64,000 nt of DNA, taken from NCBI GenBank assembly GCA_031424495.1, contig JANPHP010000270.1:10929-74928 (forward strand). Reading direction: 5' to 3'. The notes under the pieces were generated by a model. That model did no database searches. It had not been told where the DNA came from and saw only the letters and a program-made list of their open reading frames with translations. This stretch comes from Bacteroidota bacterium (GTDB lineage Bacteria > Bacteroidota > Bacteroidia > J057 > JADKCL01). This document shows positions 1 to 9,262 of the stretch, in pieces (positions within the stretch are counted from its first letter, which is position 1; every line of letters starts with the position of its first letter). The translations under genes and the position numbers were made by a program.

Positions 1-867
1 GGCTATCCGCCGCTGATGATCTTTGGGCGCAATGCCAAATTTCGGGCGACGACGGTCACCCTCCCGGGGAATGTGAGCAGCCAATTCATCTCGGCGCTAC
101 TCCTCATTTCCTACGCGCAACCCGACGGGCTGCGCATTTGCATCCAAGGCGACGTTTTGTCGCGCCCTTATATAGAGATGACGCTGGAACTCATGAGCCG
201 TTTTGGCATCGTGCACACCTGGGAAGGCGACACGATCACGGTCGCGCGGCAGCACCTGCGCTCGGGTACATACGCGGTGGAGGCAGACTGGAGCGCGGCG
301 AGTTATTGGTTTTGCATCGCAGCGATGAGCAATGGCTGCACGATCAGGTTGCATGGGCTGCGGCAAGACTCGCTGCAAGGCGACAGCGTGGTCGCTGACA
401 AAATGGCCGTGCTGGGTGTTGCTGCAAAATGGCAGGATGAGATCTTGGAATTGCGCAAAGTGGCTGTTGAGAATACGCCAATCCATTGGGATTTTGCCGA
501 TTGCCCTGACTTGGCGCAGGGTATGATCGTGGCAGCGGCGGCGCTCGGCAGACAAGGCACCTTCACTGGCTTGCAAAGCCTGCGCATCAAGGAAACCGAT
601 CGCATCGCGGCCCTGCAGGCCGAGCTAGCGAAATTTGGGGTACAGCTGCGGGAGGATGAAGATTTGTGGTCGTTGGAAGGTGAATTTCAGGCGAATGCCG
701 CTGTCATTCCGACTTATCAAGACCACCGAATGGCGATGGCTTTTGCTCCGCTTGCGCTTCGCTGCCCAGGATTGACCATACAGGAACCCGAAGTGGTGGA
801 GAAATCCTATCCGCATTTTTGGCAAGACTTGGCAGCCGCTGGATTTGTCATACAAGCAGAAGCCTAG
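1..867 (+). CDS. aroA: 3-phosphoshikimate 1-carboxyvinyltransferase (EPSP synthase), 5'-truncated by window edge
   Basis: SSQFISALL, EADWSAASY, LRIKETDRI, DHRMAMAF and KSYPHFW motifs; frame is open from base 1. Confidence 0.95.
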   Translation, partial: GYPPLMIFGRNAKFRATTVTLPGNVSSQFISALLLISYAQPDGLRICIQGDVLSRPYIEMTLELMSRFGIVHTWEGDTITVARQHLRSGTYAVEADWSAASYWFCIAAMSNGCTIRLHGLRQDSLQGDSVVADKMAVLGVAAKWQDEILELRKVAVENTPIHWDFADCPDLAQGMIVAAAALGRQGTFTGLQSLRIKETDRIAALQAELAKFGVQLREDEDLWSLEGEFQANAAVIPTYQDHRMAMAFAPLALRCPGLTIQEPEVVEKSYPHFWQDLAAAGFVIQAEA

Positions 868-884
868 CGCTTGACAGCAATGCA

Positions 885-911
885 AATGGCTATCCCGTGG
901 GGATAGCCATT
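885..911. terminator. Hairpin between convergent aroA and ECF sigma genes
   Basis: AATGGCTATCCC-GTG-GGGATAGCCATT, perfect 12-bp stem. Confidence 0.7.
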
Positions 912-933
912 CACGATGGAATCACTCAAATCC

Positions 934-1446
934 TTAGTTTTCAAACTGATAACCCACGAGGTCATCCTTGAGAAACTTACGGGCGATGTGAATGCGGTTT
1001 TTGACCGTGCCAATCGGAATCTCAAAATACTCAGCGATCTCGTGGTATTTGAAGCCTCTGAAGTGCATCATGAAAGGCTCGCGGTACTCGTCTTTGAGGT
1101 TAGCGATGGCCTCATTGATATCCTCCATTGCAAAACTACCCGATGCGCCATTTTCAGTGACATTGCTGGGAGAGTTGATGTAATGAAGGTTTTCGGTGGT
1201 ATCGATGAATGTATTCCTTCTCACCATACGGTGGTATTGGGTGATGAAGGTGTTTTTCATGATGGTGTACAACCAAGCTTTGAGATTGGTGCCTTCGGCA
1301 AACTTCTCGCGGTTGGTGATGGCTTTGAGCATGGTCTCCTGCATCAAGTCGTCGGCATCTTCAGCATCACGGGTGAGCTTCAGTGCAAAGGGCTTCAAAA
1401 ACCTGTTCAAGCCTTGTATTTTCGAATCGAACTCTAAAGCCGTCAT
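934..1446 (-). CDS. ECF-type RNA polymerase sigma-70 factor
   Basis: Region 2 DADDLMQET/NLKAWLYTIMKN; region 4 GFKYHEIAEYFEIPIGTVKNRIHIARK. Confidence 0.93.
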   Translation of the reverse strand: MTALEFDSKIQGLNRFLKPFALKLTRDAEDADDLMQETMLKAITNREKFAEGTNLKAWLYTIMKNTFITQYHRMVRRNTFIDTTENLHYINSPSNVTENGASGSFAMEDINEAIANLKDEYREPFMMHFRGFKYHEIAEYFEIPIGTVKNRIHIARKFLKDDLVGYQFEN

Positions 1447-1973
1447 AATTCTCGTATTCTAATTGTGTTCAAAAAGAAGGAAGCATTTGCTTTCCATGTT
1501 CCAAAGGTGAGCATCTTGTTTAACAAATGCAATAAATAAATTCAACAAAACACGCTTGTACTCATTCCAAATAACCAGCCACCTTCTACAATATCCCTCC
1601 TAAAATCCTCACGATCAGCTGACTTAAGTATTAAAATTTCAGTTATTACTGAAACTTCTGCTTTGCAAAAATATTTTCTGTTGACAGGTACACACCTCGG
1701 ATTAAACAATGAACGTGGGCAAAAATGCCGCTTGCATGACCGCCTTCCTACAAATCATGCACCAAGGATGGTAACCTGCCATCTTGGCATAGTTAAAAGA
1801 TGTGAAGGAATTTTTGGCCGCAGTGGTTCGCTGCAGTCACATGTTTGTTTGCCCCAAAAACCGATAAGCTAACATGTTTGTTTCCAGCTCCATCAAAATT
1901 GCTAGCTTGGGTTCAGGCGAATGAGCCACTCATCGGGGGAAATGCAAATCCAAAGGCAATGCATCGAATGCGA

Positions 1974-2852
1974 TTAACGCCGCTCAGCAAAGGGCAAGAG
2001 GTCGGAGGCCTTTTTCAGAATCGTCACATTAGCAGGCATTTGCTTCATTCCGTCCATCGCTATTCCAGAAAGGAGAATTTTGGTGGATGTAAAATTGTGT
2101 GCCAACCTGTCGATGTAGGCCTCCGTCACATCCTTGCCAAGATTGGCAGTCAAGATGCTGAGAAAATAGTCGGGGTGGCAGGTCTGTTGAATGGATTTAA
2201 GATCCTCCTCGGGTACATTGGGTCCCAAGTAAAAAACCTGATTTTTGCGCGAACGCAGTAAGTAACAAGCAAATAGCAAGCTCAATTCATGCATTTCGCC
2301 CTCAGGCAGAAACAAAACGTACTTTGGCACGCCAGGTCCCTTGATTGGCGATTGTGCATCGATGGCCACCACGAGCTTTTGACGCACAAGATTGCTGACA
2401 AAATGTTCGTGAAGCGGCAGCACTGTACCGGTTTGCCACAACACCCCTACCCGCTCAAAAAACGGATAAATGAGCTTGGTCATGGCATCTTCAAAACCAT
2501 ATTTGAGCGTGTTGCTCGCAAACACCTTTTCAAATCGCTCCTCGTCGAGCTCGACCATGGCGAGGGTCAAGGCATTGATCTGATGGGAAAATTCATCATT
2601 TACATCGTGCAGGCTCCCGCAAAAGCGGTGAATCTCCGCGCGGCCCATCTTGGCAATCTTGGAAATCTTGTAGCCGTTGTCGTTGAGCATGGAGATGCTC
2701 AGCAGCAGGCGCAAGTCGTCATCATCGTAAAAACGGATGTTGGTGTCTGTGCGTTTGGGCTGCAGAATATCATACCGCTGCTCCCACATGCGCAGTGTGT
2801 GGGCTTTGATGCCCGAGATATTCTCTAAATCTCTAATAGAATAGGTTGCCAA
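1974..2852 (-). CDS. MerR-family regulator with B12-binding domain (CarH/LitR-like)
   Basis: N-terminal MerR HTH (YSIRDLENISGIKAHTLRMWEQRY); W-x9-EH (WQTGTVLPLHEH) and ExHxxxL (GEMHELSL) cobalamin motifs; TTG start. Confidence 0.88.
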   Translation of the reverse strand: MATYSIRDLENISGIKAHTLRMWEQRYDILQPKRTDTNIRFYDDDDLRLLLSISMLNDNGYKISKIAKMGRAEIHRFCGSLHDVNDEFSHQINALTLAMVELDEERFEKVFASNTLKYGFEDAMTKLIYPFFERVGVLWQTGTVLPLHEHFVSNLVRQKLVVAIDAQSPIKGPGVPKYVLFLPEGEMHELSLLFACYLLRSRKNQVFYLGPNVPEEDLKSIQQTCHPDYFLSILTANLGKDVTEAYIDRLAHNFTSTKILLSGIAMDGMKQMPANVTILKKASDLLPFAERR

Positions 2853-2877
2853 AATCTACACTTTATGATGATAAGCA

Positions 2878-2923
2878 CAAAGATGCAGGGATGTTTAGAC
2901 TTTGTCGATAAATTCTAAACAAA
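2878..2923 (-). promoter_or_regulatory. Putative promoter and CarH-type operator (three 11-bp direct repeats)
   Basis: Minus-strand -7-like box CATCTTTG (2885-2878); TGTnnA cores at 2892 and 2903 plus a degenerate one at 2914, 11-bp period. Confidence 0.5.
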
Positions 2924-3518
2924 ATTTCTCAAACTGATCGTGGGATTCGGGATCGATGAGGTATGTCTGCCAACCGATGCTGCTAGCGCCCGACAGATTG
3001 TCAGCTGAATCATCTAAGAAAAGCGTTTCCCGCGGATTGAAACCCATAGCTTGTGTGACATACTGATAGATCTCAGGATCTGGCTTGCGCATGCCCATAT
3101 CATAGGAAAACCAGGTTTTCTCCATGGCAGCAAACATTTCCGCACATTCTGGGCCCCAGACAGCACCATGAATGCGATTGGTGTTGCTGAGCAAGATCAC
3201 ACGGTATTTTGCGCTGAGCCGACGCACCCACTCGGTGCGCCCTTCAATTGGGCCTAGCAGCAATGCATTCCAAGCGGCCTCAAGCTGCGCATCGCTTGCT
3301 GTGCTGTCGATCGCCTCCCGCAACTGCGGCAAGAAATCGGCAGGCTCGACCACGCCGCGCTCCAGCGCTAGAAACAGGGGATCGTCCATTGCGAGCTGCC
3401 GCGCACGCGGCCCGGCAAGCTGCGTGAGGGCATGGACCGTGCGCGCAGGGTCGATCGCATAGAGAACGCCCCCGAGGTCCAAAACGATGTTGTGAATGCC
3501 TGACTGCTGAGCCTCCAT
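2895..3518 (-). CDS. HAD-family phosphatase (YihX-like)
   Basis: DLGGV motif I, LSNT motif II, KPDPEIY, FLDD. Confidence 0.9.
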   Translation of the reverse strand: MEAQQSGIHNIVLDLGGVLYAIDPARTVHALTQLAGPRARQLAMDDPLFLALERGVVEPADFLPQLREAIDSTASDAQLEAAWNALLLGPIEGRTEWVRRLSAKYRVILLSNTNRIHGAVWGPECAEMFAAMEKTWFSYDMGMRKPDPEIYQYVTQAMGFNPRETLFLDDSADNLSGASSIGWQTYLIDPESHDQFEKFCLEFIDKV

Positions 3519-3530
3519 CTGTCTACGGAA

Positions 3531-4244
3531 TCAGTTGATGTGAGCATAATCCTTGAGCACAAACCGCAAAAATTGCTCTGCATTCATGGTTGTGGGCGGC
3601 TTCACGCCCATGACATGGCATACCCGGTTGGCGCAAACGTTGAGAATGGAGTGGTCGCCGTCCAAGCGGTGCTGCTTCAAAACATCTCTGATGGTATTGA
3701 TATCGACATCGTCGAGTTTTTTTACTTCGGGGAAGAGCGCTTCATAGCCCTCTTTGTTGGGGGCAAAAACGGTATCTGAAAGGGAGACTTTGCGCTCCAA
3801 CTTGATCACCGTGGTGCCAGCGATCATGTCGCCGAGACGCTGACCGCGTTTGGTGAATGCGATGGAAGCCAGCGAAGTCGCTCCGTAAAATATCGCAGGA
3901 TTGGTTTCGAGCAACCTGAAGACCCAACGCAAAACGAAATTGCCCAGATTGGGTGGCCCGCCATCAACGCGCACGACCTTGATGCGCATGGCCATTTTGC
4001 CGACGCTCTGCCCCTGAAACAGCGCCTCGCAGAGCAGGTGGTAAAGCAAAGCGGGAACGGTCAACAAAGCAACGATGCCCGATGAAGGCTGCCCCATGAT
4101 CACGGCAGCAACCAAGACCGCGATTCCTACGTATGCGACGATGATCACGATGTCGATGAGCCAAGCAAGGATCCTATCAAAAATCGTTGCGAGTTCATAC
4201 TCGATTTCGATATTTTGCGTGGTTGTTATTTTGATTTTGGTCAC
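3531..4244 (-). CDS. RDD family membrane protein
   Basis: RILAWLID, GQSVGK, QRLGDMIAGT. Confidence 0.9.
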   Translation of the reverse strand: MTKIKITTTQNIEIEYELATIFDRILAWLIDIVIIVAYVGIAVLVAAVIMGQPSSGIVALLTVPALLYHLLCEALFQGQSVGKMAMRIKVVRVDGGPPNLGNFVLRWVFRLLETNPAIFYGATSLASIAFTKRGQRLGDMIAGTTVIKLERKVSLSDTVFAPNKEGYEALFPEVKKLDDVDINTIRDVLKQHRLDGDHSILNVCANRVCHVMGVKPPTTMNAEQFLRFVLKDYAHIN

Positions 4245-4292
4245 TGGAAAAGAATTAATAATTTAGGCAATCCTTAATCGTCAACGAAGATA

Positions 4293-5363
4293 ATGAGAGA
4301 AACCGCCTTCCTCAAACAAAACGAAAAAAAGTGGAAAGAGTTCGAGGCGCTCGTCCATGCCAAAAAAGGCATGGTGACCCCAGACAAGATCGCTGAGCTC
4401 TTCATCGAGGTTACGGATGATTTGGCCTTTTCCCGCACGCACTATCCGCAGAGCACGACCACACAGTACCTCAATGGGCTTGCAGGACAGCTGCACCAAG
4501 CCATCGTGCGCAACAAGAAACCGAAGTCGGGCAGCTTCAAGACGTTTTGGCTTCAAGAGTTGCCGCAGATCATGTTTGAGACGCGCTTCAAGCTCCTGTA
4601 TGCCTTTGCGATCTTTGTCGTGGCCATCATCATCGGTGCTGCATCCACCAACTACGACATCAACTTTGTGCGCACCATTTTGGGCGACGAATATGTCGAG
4701 ATGACCCTCGACAACATCGACCGCGGCAAGCCGCTCGGGGTCTACGCCACCCAGGGCGAGGTCGACATGTTTTTATCGATCACCGTGAACAATGTGAAGG
4801 TGAGTTTTCTCGCTTTTGTGATGGGTTTGCTCCTCTCGGCCGGCACGGCCTACATCCTATTTAACAATGGTATCATGGTCGGCGCGTTTATGACCTTCCT
4901 ATTCAAACATGGCTACTTGAAGGAAACGATACTCACAGTATTCATCCACGGCACGCTAGAGCTGAGTGCAATTGTGATTGCAGGCTCAGCAGGCTTTCAA
5001 TTGGGGCATGCCATTCTCTTTCCGCGAACGCATTCCCGCTTGGAGTCGTTGCGCATCGGGGCGCTCAAAGGCATCAAGATCATTGCGGGCCTGATTCCGG
5101 TCTTCATCGCCGCCGGCTTTTTGGAGGGCTTTGTAACCCGGCACACAGAGATGCCTGCCGTGATGAGCCTTGCCATCATCGTCGGCTCGCTCGGATTCAT
5201 CGTCTACTACTTCATTGTGTACCCGATGCAACTGCATCAAAGTACCATAGACCTCACGGGCACCAATCCCTTTACCGACCCTCGGAGTACCCTCGGTGCC
5301 CAAAGCGCCAAAATCATGACCAGCCCCTGGAGCACCACGACCACCAAGATTGAGACAAAATGA
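4293..5363 (+). CDS. SpoIIM-family (DUF95) membrane protein
   Basis: NN..V, NG..VG, HGTLEL and EGFVT motifs; typical RDD/MoxR cluster context. Confidence 0.88.
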   Translation: MRETAFLKQNEKKWKEFEALVHAKKGMVTPDKIAELFIEVTDDLAFSRTHYPQSTTTQYLNGLAGQLHQAIVRNKKPKSGSFKTFWLQELPQIMFETRFKLLYAFAIFVVAIIIGAASTNYDINFVRTILGDEYVEMTLDNIDRGKPLGVYATQGEVDMFLSITVNNVKVSFLAFVMGLLLSAGTAYILFNNGIMVGAFMTFLFKHGYLKETILTVFIHGTLELSAIVIAGSAGFQLGHAILFPRTHSRLESLRIGALKGIKIIAGLIPVFIAAGFLEGFVTRHTEMPAVMSLAIIVGSLGFIVYYFIVYPMQLHQSTIDLTGTNPFTDPRSTLGAQSAKIMTSPWSTTTTKIETK

Positions 5364-6268
5364 TCAACACTGAAAAATTGGAGCTCCTGCACCGTCGCAA
5401 CTTTGGGGAAGTTGTGGGCGATGCATTCACGTTCATTCGCCTGAATCTCGGGCTGATCTTGAAAGTGCATTTTTTGCTGTCACTGCCCATGATCATCGTG
5501 ACAGCAGCGATTTTTGTCTTGCTGTTTCGTGATCACTTTTCGCTCGTTGGCACGCTGTCATCAGGTGTTTTCAATGACTCGATCGCATTCAAGGACGATT
5601 TTACCAATTTTGCCGTTGCGCAGCTCTTTTCTATGCTGGCTGTGATGCCCGTGAGCATCAATACCTTTTTGATCGTGGACCGCTACACGCGTAGCGAGAC
5701 TGGCATCGTCACCTTTGAGGAAGTGGCCAAGCTTGCCCGGCAGAAGTACCTGCCTGTGATGGCTGCGAAACTGATCATCGCACCGATCATCTTCTTTACG
5801 AGTTTCATGCTGGTGCTGCCCGGGATCGCATTTTTCACTTTGTTCCTTTGCGTCGAGTTGCTCATCATCCAGCACAACTTCGGCATCTTCAAGGCGATTG
5901 GCCGCTCGACCACGATCATGTCGCGCTTCTTTTGGATGCCTTTTTTGTTCAATCTCGTGTTTGTGCTCGTGTATTTTATTTTCATCGGGCTCATGCAGCT
6001 GCCTGTGATGGCGCTAGAAAAAGCGACAGACCTCACGACAGGACGCATCGACCCTAGCAGCATTTGGTCCATTGCAGCGATGACCCTGCGCACATTCAAC
6101 ACCGTGCTCAGCTACATCATCTACACGATACCCACGGCTGCCATGGCCATCATGTATTTCTCGCTGCGCGAGCGTGCGAGTCAGTCGAGCCTCATGGACC
6201 GCATCTGGAGCATCGGTTTGGAAAAGAAAAAGAAAAACGAATTCAGCCTGGGCGATGAACAGTACTAA
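5360..6268 (+). CDS. Integral membrane protein of the MoxR cluster
   Basis: Several TM segments; R.FGEVV.DAF N-terminus and YFSLRER C-terminus; ATGA coupling to the upstream gene. Confidence 0.75.
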   Translation: MINTEKLELLHRRNFGEVVGDAFTFIRLNLGLILKVHFLLSLPMIIVTAAIFVLLFRDHFSLVGTLSSGVFNDSIAFKDDFTNFAVAQLFSMLAVMPVSINTFLIVDRYTRSETGIVTFEEVAKLARQKYLPVMAAKLIIAPIIFFTSFMLVLPGIAFFTLFLCVELLIIQHNFGIFKAIGRSTTIMSRFFWMPFLFNLVFVLVYFIFIGLMQLPVMALEKATDLTTGRIDPSSIWSIAAMTLRTFNTVLSYIIYTIPTAAMAIMYFSLRERASQSSLMDRIWSIGLEKKKKNEFSLGDEQY

Positions 6269-7046
6269 GCACATTTTGGGCCTTTTGGCAATTGCAATCT
6301 TGTTGTGCGTGCCTGCGGGTCCACTCTTCGCGATTGAGCTGCCACCGTCCCCCCCAACTCCTACGGATCAGTCTCAGGAATCTGGTCAATATGTCGAGCG
6401 CAAATTCGACCCGGAGCGGCTCGAACGGTACCGCAATGATGCCAAGTACCAATACAAACGCGACAAGCCCGAGCCTCCTCAGCGCAAGCCCAAGCCGCGC
6501 GAAGAACGCCGCGTTTCAGAGGCTCGCCCCGTGCACTACGATGGCCCTAGCGCCGACCTCTCAGGCCTCGGCACGGTTGCCAAAGTCATAATGTGGGTGG
6601 TCATGATCGGTATTGTCGCATTTGTACTTCTGCAGCTCCTCCAAGTCAATTGGCGCGGACTCGCCAAAAAGAAATCTGACAAGGCCAAGGTGGTCGCTGA
6701 GAATGAGATTCCGATCGAGGAGGATGTGACCAAGATGGAGTTTGAGGACCTTGTGCAAAAGGCCATCGACGCCGGTAACTTCCGTGTCGCGGTGCGTCTG
6801 CTCTACCTGCGTGCGCTCAAGCAGCTCACTGAGCAGTCACTCATCAATTGGCACCGTGAAAAGACCAATCACGATTACATCCGTGAACTCAAGGACAAAA
6901 ACTTGCGCCCAGGATTCAGCGACGTCACGCTGATCTTTGAGTACATTTGGTATGGCGAATTCCCAGTGAACAAGGACGATTTCAACCTTGCGCGGGCCTC
7001 TTTCATTCGGTTTGAACAAACACTGAGGCAAAATCATGCGGTCTAA
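6255..7046 (+). CDS. DUF4129 domain protein
   Basis: AVRLLYL, KTNHDY, FEYIWYG; start taken as the ATG at 6255, followed by a signal peptide. Confidence 0.8.
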   Translation: MNSTKHILGLLAIAILLCVPAGPLFAIELPPSPPTPTDQSQESGQYVERKFDPERLERYRNDAKYQYKRDKPEPPQRKPKPREERRVSEARPVHYDGPSADLSGLGTVAKVIMWVVMIGIVAFVLLQLLQVNWRGLAKKKSDKAKVVAENEIPIEEDVTKMEFEDLVQKAIDAGNFRVAVRLLYLRALKQLTEQSLINWHREKTNHDYIRELKDKNLRPGFSDVTLIFEYIWYGEFPVNKDDFNLARASFIRFEQTLRQNHAV

Positions 7047-8229
7047 GCTCCCCTATATCATTCTGGCAGTCTTGTTTGTGGGCTATATCCTATTGGAAAT
7101 GCTTGGCCCGCAACCCACCAATTGGAATCCTTCGTTCGCGCAGGACAAAGATGTGCCTTTCGGAAGTCGGCTTGTGTTTGAAAGCCTGCCCGATCTATTT
7201 CCCAGCGGCAAGATCACGACGGTGGATGAAAGCCCTGCCAAAGTGCTCAAGACCTTCGAAAAAGGGAAAAGCAACTACATCATCATTCAGGAAGAATTCA
7301 ATACCGATCAGTTTGAAGCAAAAGCCTTGATGGATTTCGTGAATCGGGGCAATGATGTCTTCATCGCTGCCTCCATTTTTGATGGTTCACTCGCAGATTC
7401 CCTCAAAATCAATAACAAAAACAATTATTGGGAGATCTTTGAAAGCTTCAATGAAACACCTTCCAAAAACGACTACCTCACACTTTCAGAGGACATCGAT
7501 CCTGATCAAAAACACTTTCCCTTGCTTGACAATGTGGTGTACAGCAGCCTGTCATCTTCGATCGCAGACGCTGAGATCTTGAGCGTCAATAAAAGGACGG
7601 AAACGATGTTTGTCCGTGTTCCCCACGGGGATGGTTTTTTCTACCTGCACTCCGTGCCCCTCATGTTTACCAACTACTTCATGGTAGACCCGGTAAACAA
7701 TCAATACATCAGCAAAAGCCTTTCTGTATTGGAAGACCGTGATGTCTTGTGGGATGAATATTTCAAGCCGGGCAAGGTCAGGACCGAATCATCTGTGAGC
7801 TACCTGCTGGACCAAACGTCGCTCAAATGGGCTTGGTTTCTCACGCTCGCAGGCGTGCTGCTGTTTGTGGTGTTTGAAAGCAAACGCAAGCAACGCATCA
7901 TTCCCGCGATCGAGCCGCCTCACAATACCACCCTGGAGTTTACCGAGACGGTGGGCCTCCTCTATTTTGCCCACGGCGACCACAAAGACATCAGCGAAAA
8001 GAAGATCAAGTTCCTGCTGGAATACATCCGCAATCGCTGGAGCCTCTCGACTTCTGAACTGGGTGAAGAATTCAGGGATAAATTGTGCGCCAAATCGGGC
8101 GTGCATCGCATGGATATCGAAAAACTCTTTACCTTGATCGAGCGAATCCACAAGGCTACCGAAGTGGAGGAAGACGCGCTGATGCAACTGTCGCGTTGGA
8201 TCGAGGATTTCTACGCAAAGTCAAAATAA
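7036..8229 (+). CDS. DUF4350 domain protein
   Basis: N-terminal TM, PFGS, FTNY, WDEY, KRKQRIIP, LEFTETVG.LY. Confidence 0.8.
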   Translation: MRSKLPYIILAVLFVGYILLEMLGPQPTNWNPSFAQDKDVPFGSRLVFESLPDLFPSGKITTVDESPAKVLKTFEKGKSNYIIIQEEFNTDQFEAKALMDFVNRGNDVFIAASIFDGSLADSLKINNKNNYWEIFESFNETPSKNDYLTLSEDIDPDQKHFPLLDNVVYSSLSSSIADAEILSVNKRTETMFVRVPHGDGFFYLHSVPLMFTNYFMVDPVNNQYISKSLSVLEDRDVLWDEYFKPGKVRTESSVSYLLDQTSLKWAWFLTLAGVLLFVVFESKRKQRIIPAIEPPHNTTLEFTETVGLLYFAHGDHKDISEKKIKFLLEYIRNRWSLSTSELGEEFRDKLCAKSGVHRMDIEKLFTLIERIHKATEVEEDALMQLSRWIEDFYAKSK

Positions 8230-8278
8230 TACATCTATCTAGGGTTGCAGAATCAGCCCGCCAAGGAAGACTACACGC

Positions 8279-9262
8279 ATGGACACACCTGAAATGTTTC
8301 AGAATAGCAGGCTCGACCTGACCGCACTCCGCGATGGCGTGCACCGCATGAAAGACGAGGTCGCGAAGGTGATCGTGGGGCAAGAAAAAGTGATCGAGCT
8401 GCTCATCGTCGCCCTGCTCGCCGACGGGCACGTGCTCATCGAAGGCGTACCGGGCGTCGCCAAGACCCTGAGCGCAAAACTGCTGGCCCGCACATTCAGC
8501 GTAGATTTTTCCCGCATCCAATTCACGCCCGACTTGATGCCGAGCGACGTGATCGGTACCTCGATCTTCAATCAAAAGACCAACGATTTCGAGTTTCGCA
8601 AGGGGCCGATCTTCAGCAATATCGTCCTCATCGACGAGATCAACCGTGCACCTGCAAAAACGCAGGCAGCACTCTTTGAATCGATGGAGGAGCGGCAGAT
8701 CACGATCGACGGGCATACCTACAAATTGGCGCCTCCATTTATTGTGTTGGCGACACAAAACCCTGTGGAGCACGAGGGCACCTATCGCCTGCCTGAGGCG
8801 CAGCTCGACCGTTTCCTATTCAAGGTTTCGATCGACTATCCGACGCTGCACGAGGAGGAGGCCATCATCAGAGGCCACCACACACGGCAGTACACCGACC
8901 CCGTGTCGATGATCACGCCCATCCTTACCGCCGACCTCGTCGCTGCCTACCGCGAAAAGGTGCGCTCGATCCATGTCGAGGAAAAACTCATCGGCTACAT
9001 TGCCCGCTTGGTGAATGATACCCGCCAAAACAAGTCGCTTTTCTTGGGCGCCTCACCGCGTGCGTCCATCGCCATCCTCAATGCCTCCAAGGCCATGGCT
9101 GCGATCAGGGGCCGCGATTTCATCACGCCCGAGGACATCCGTGAGGTGACACTACCCGTGATGCAACACCGCATCATCCTCACGCCCGAGCGCGAGATGG
9201 AAGGCATCAAACCCGCCGACGTGATCCGCGAAATCATCCAAAAGATCGAGGTACCGCGGTAG
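8279..9262 (+). CDS. moxR: MoxR-family AAA+ ATPase
   Basis: GVPGVAKT, RIQFTPDLMPSD, DEINRAPAKTQ, ATQNPVE.EGTY.LPEAQLDRF. Confidence 0.95.
   Translation: MDTPEMFQNSRLDLTALRDGVHRMKDEVAKVIVGQEKVIELLIVALLADGHVLIEGVPGVAKTLSAKLLARTFSVDFSRIQFTPDLMPSDVIGTSIFNQKTNDFEFRKGPIFSNIVLIDEINRAPAKTQAALFESMEERQITIDGHTYKLAPPFIVLATQNPVEHEGTYRLPEAQLDRFLFKVSIDYPTLHEEEAIIRGHHTRQYTDPVSMITPILTADLVAAYREKVRSIHVEEKLIGYIARLVNDTRQNKSLFLGASPRASIAILNASKAMAAIRGRDFITPEDIREVTLPVMQHRIILTPEREMEGIKPADVIREIIQKIEVPR

Noticed and set aside
4293..5363. Sporulation gene
   Set aside because: The SpoIIM-family name reflects homology only; the context is the MoxR cluster of a non-sporulating phylum
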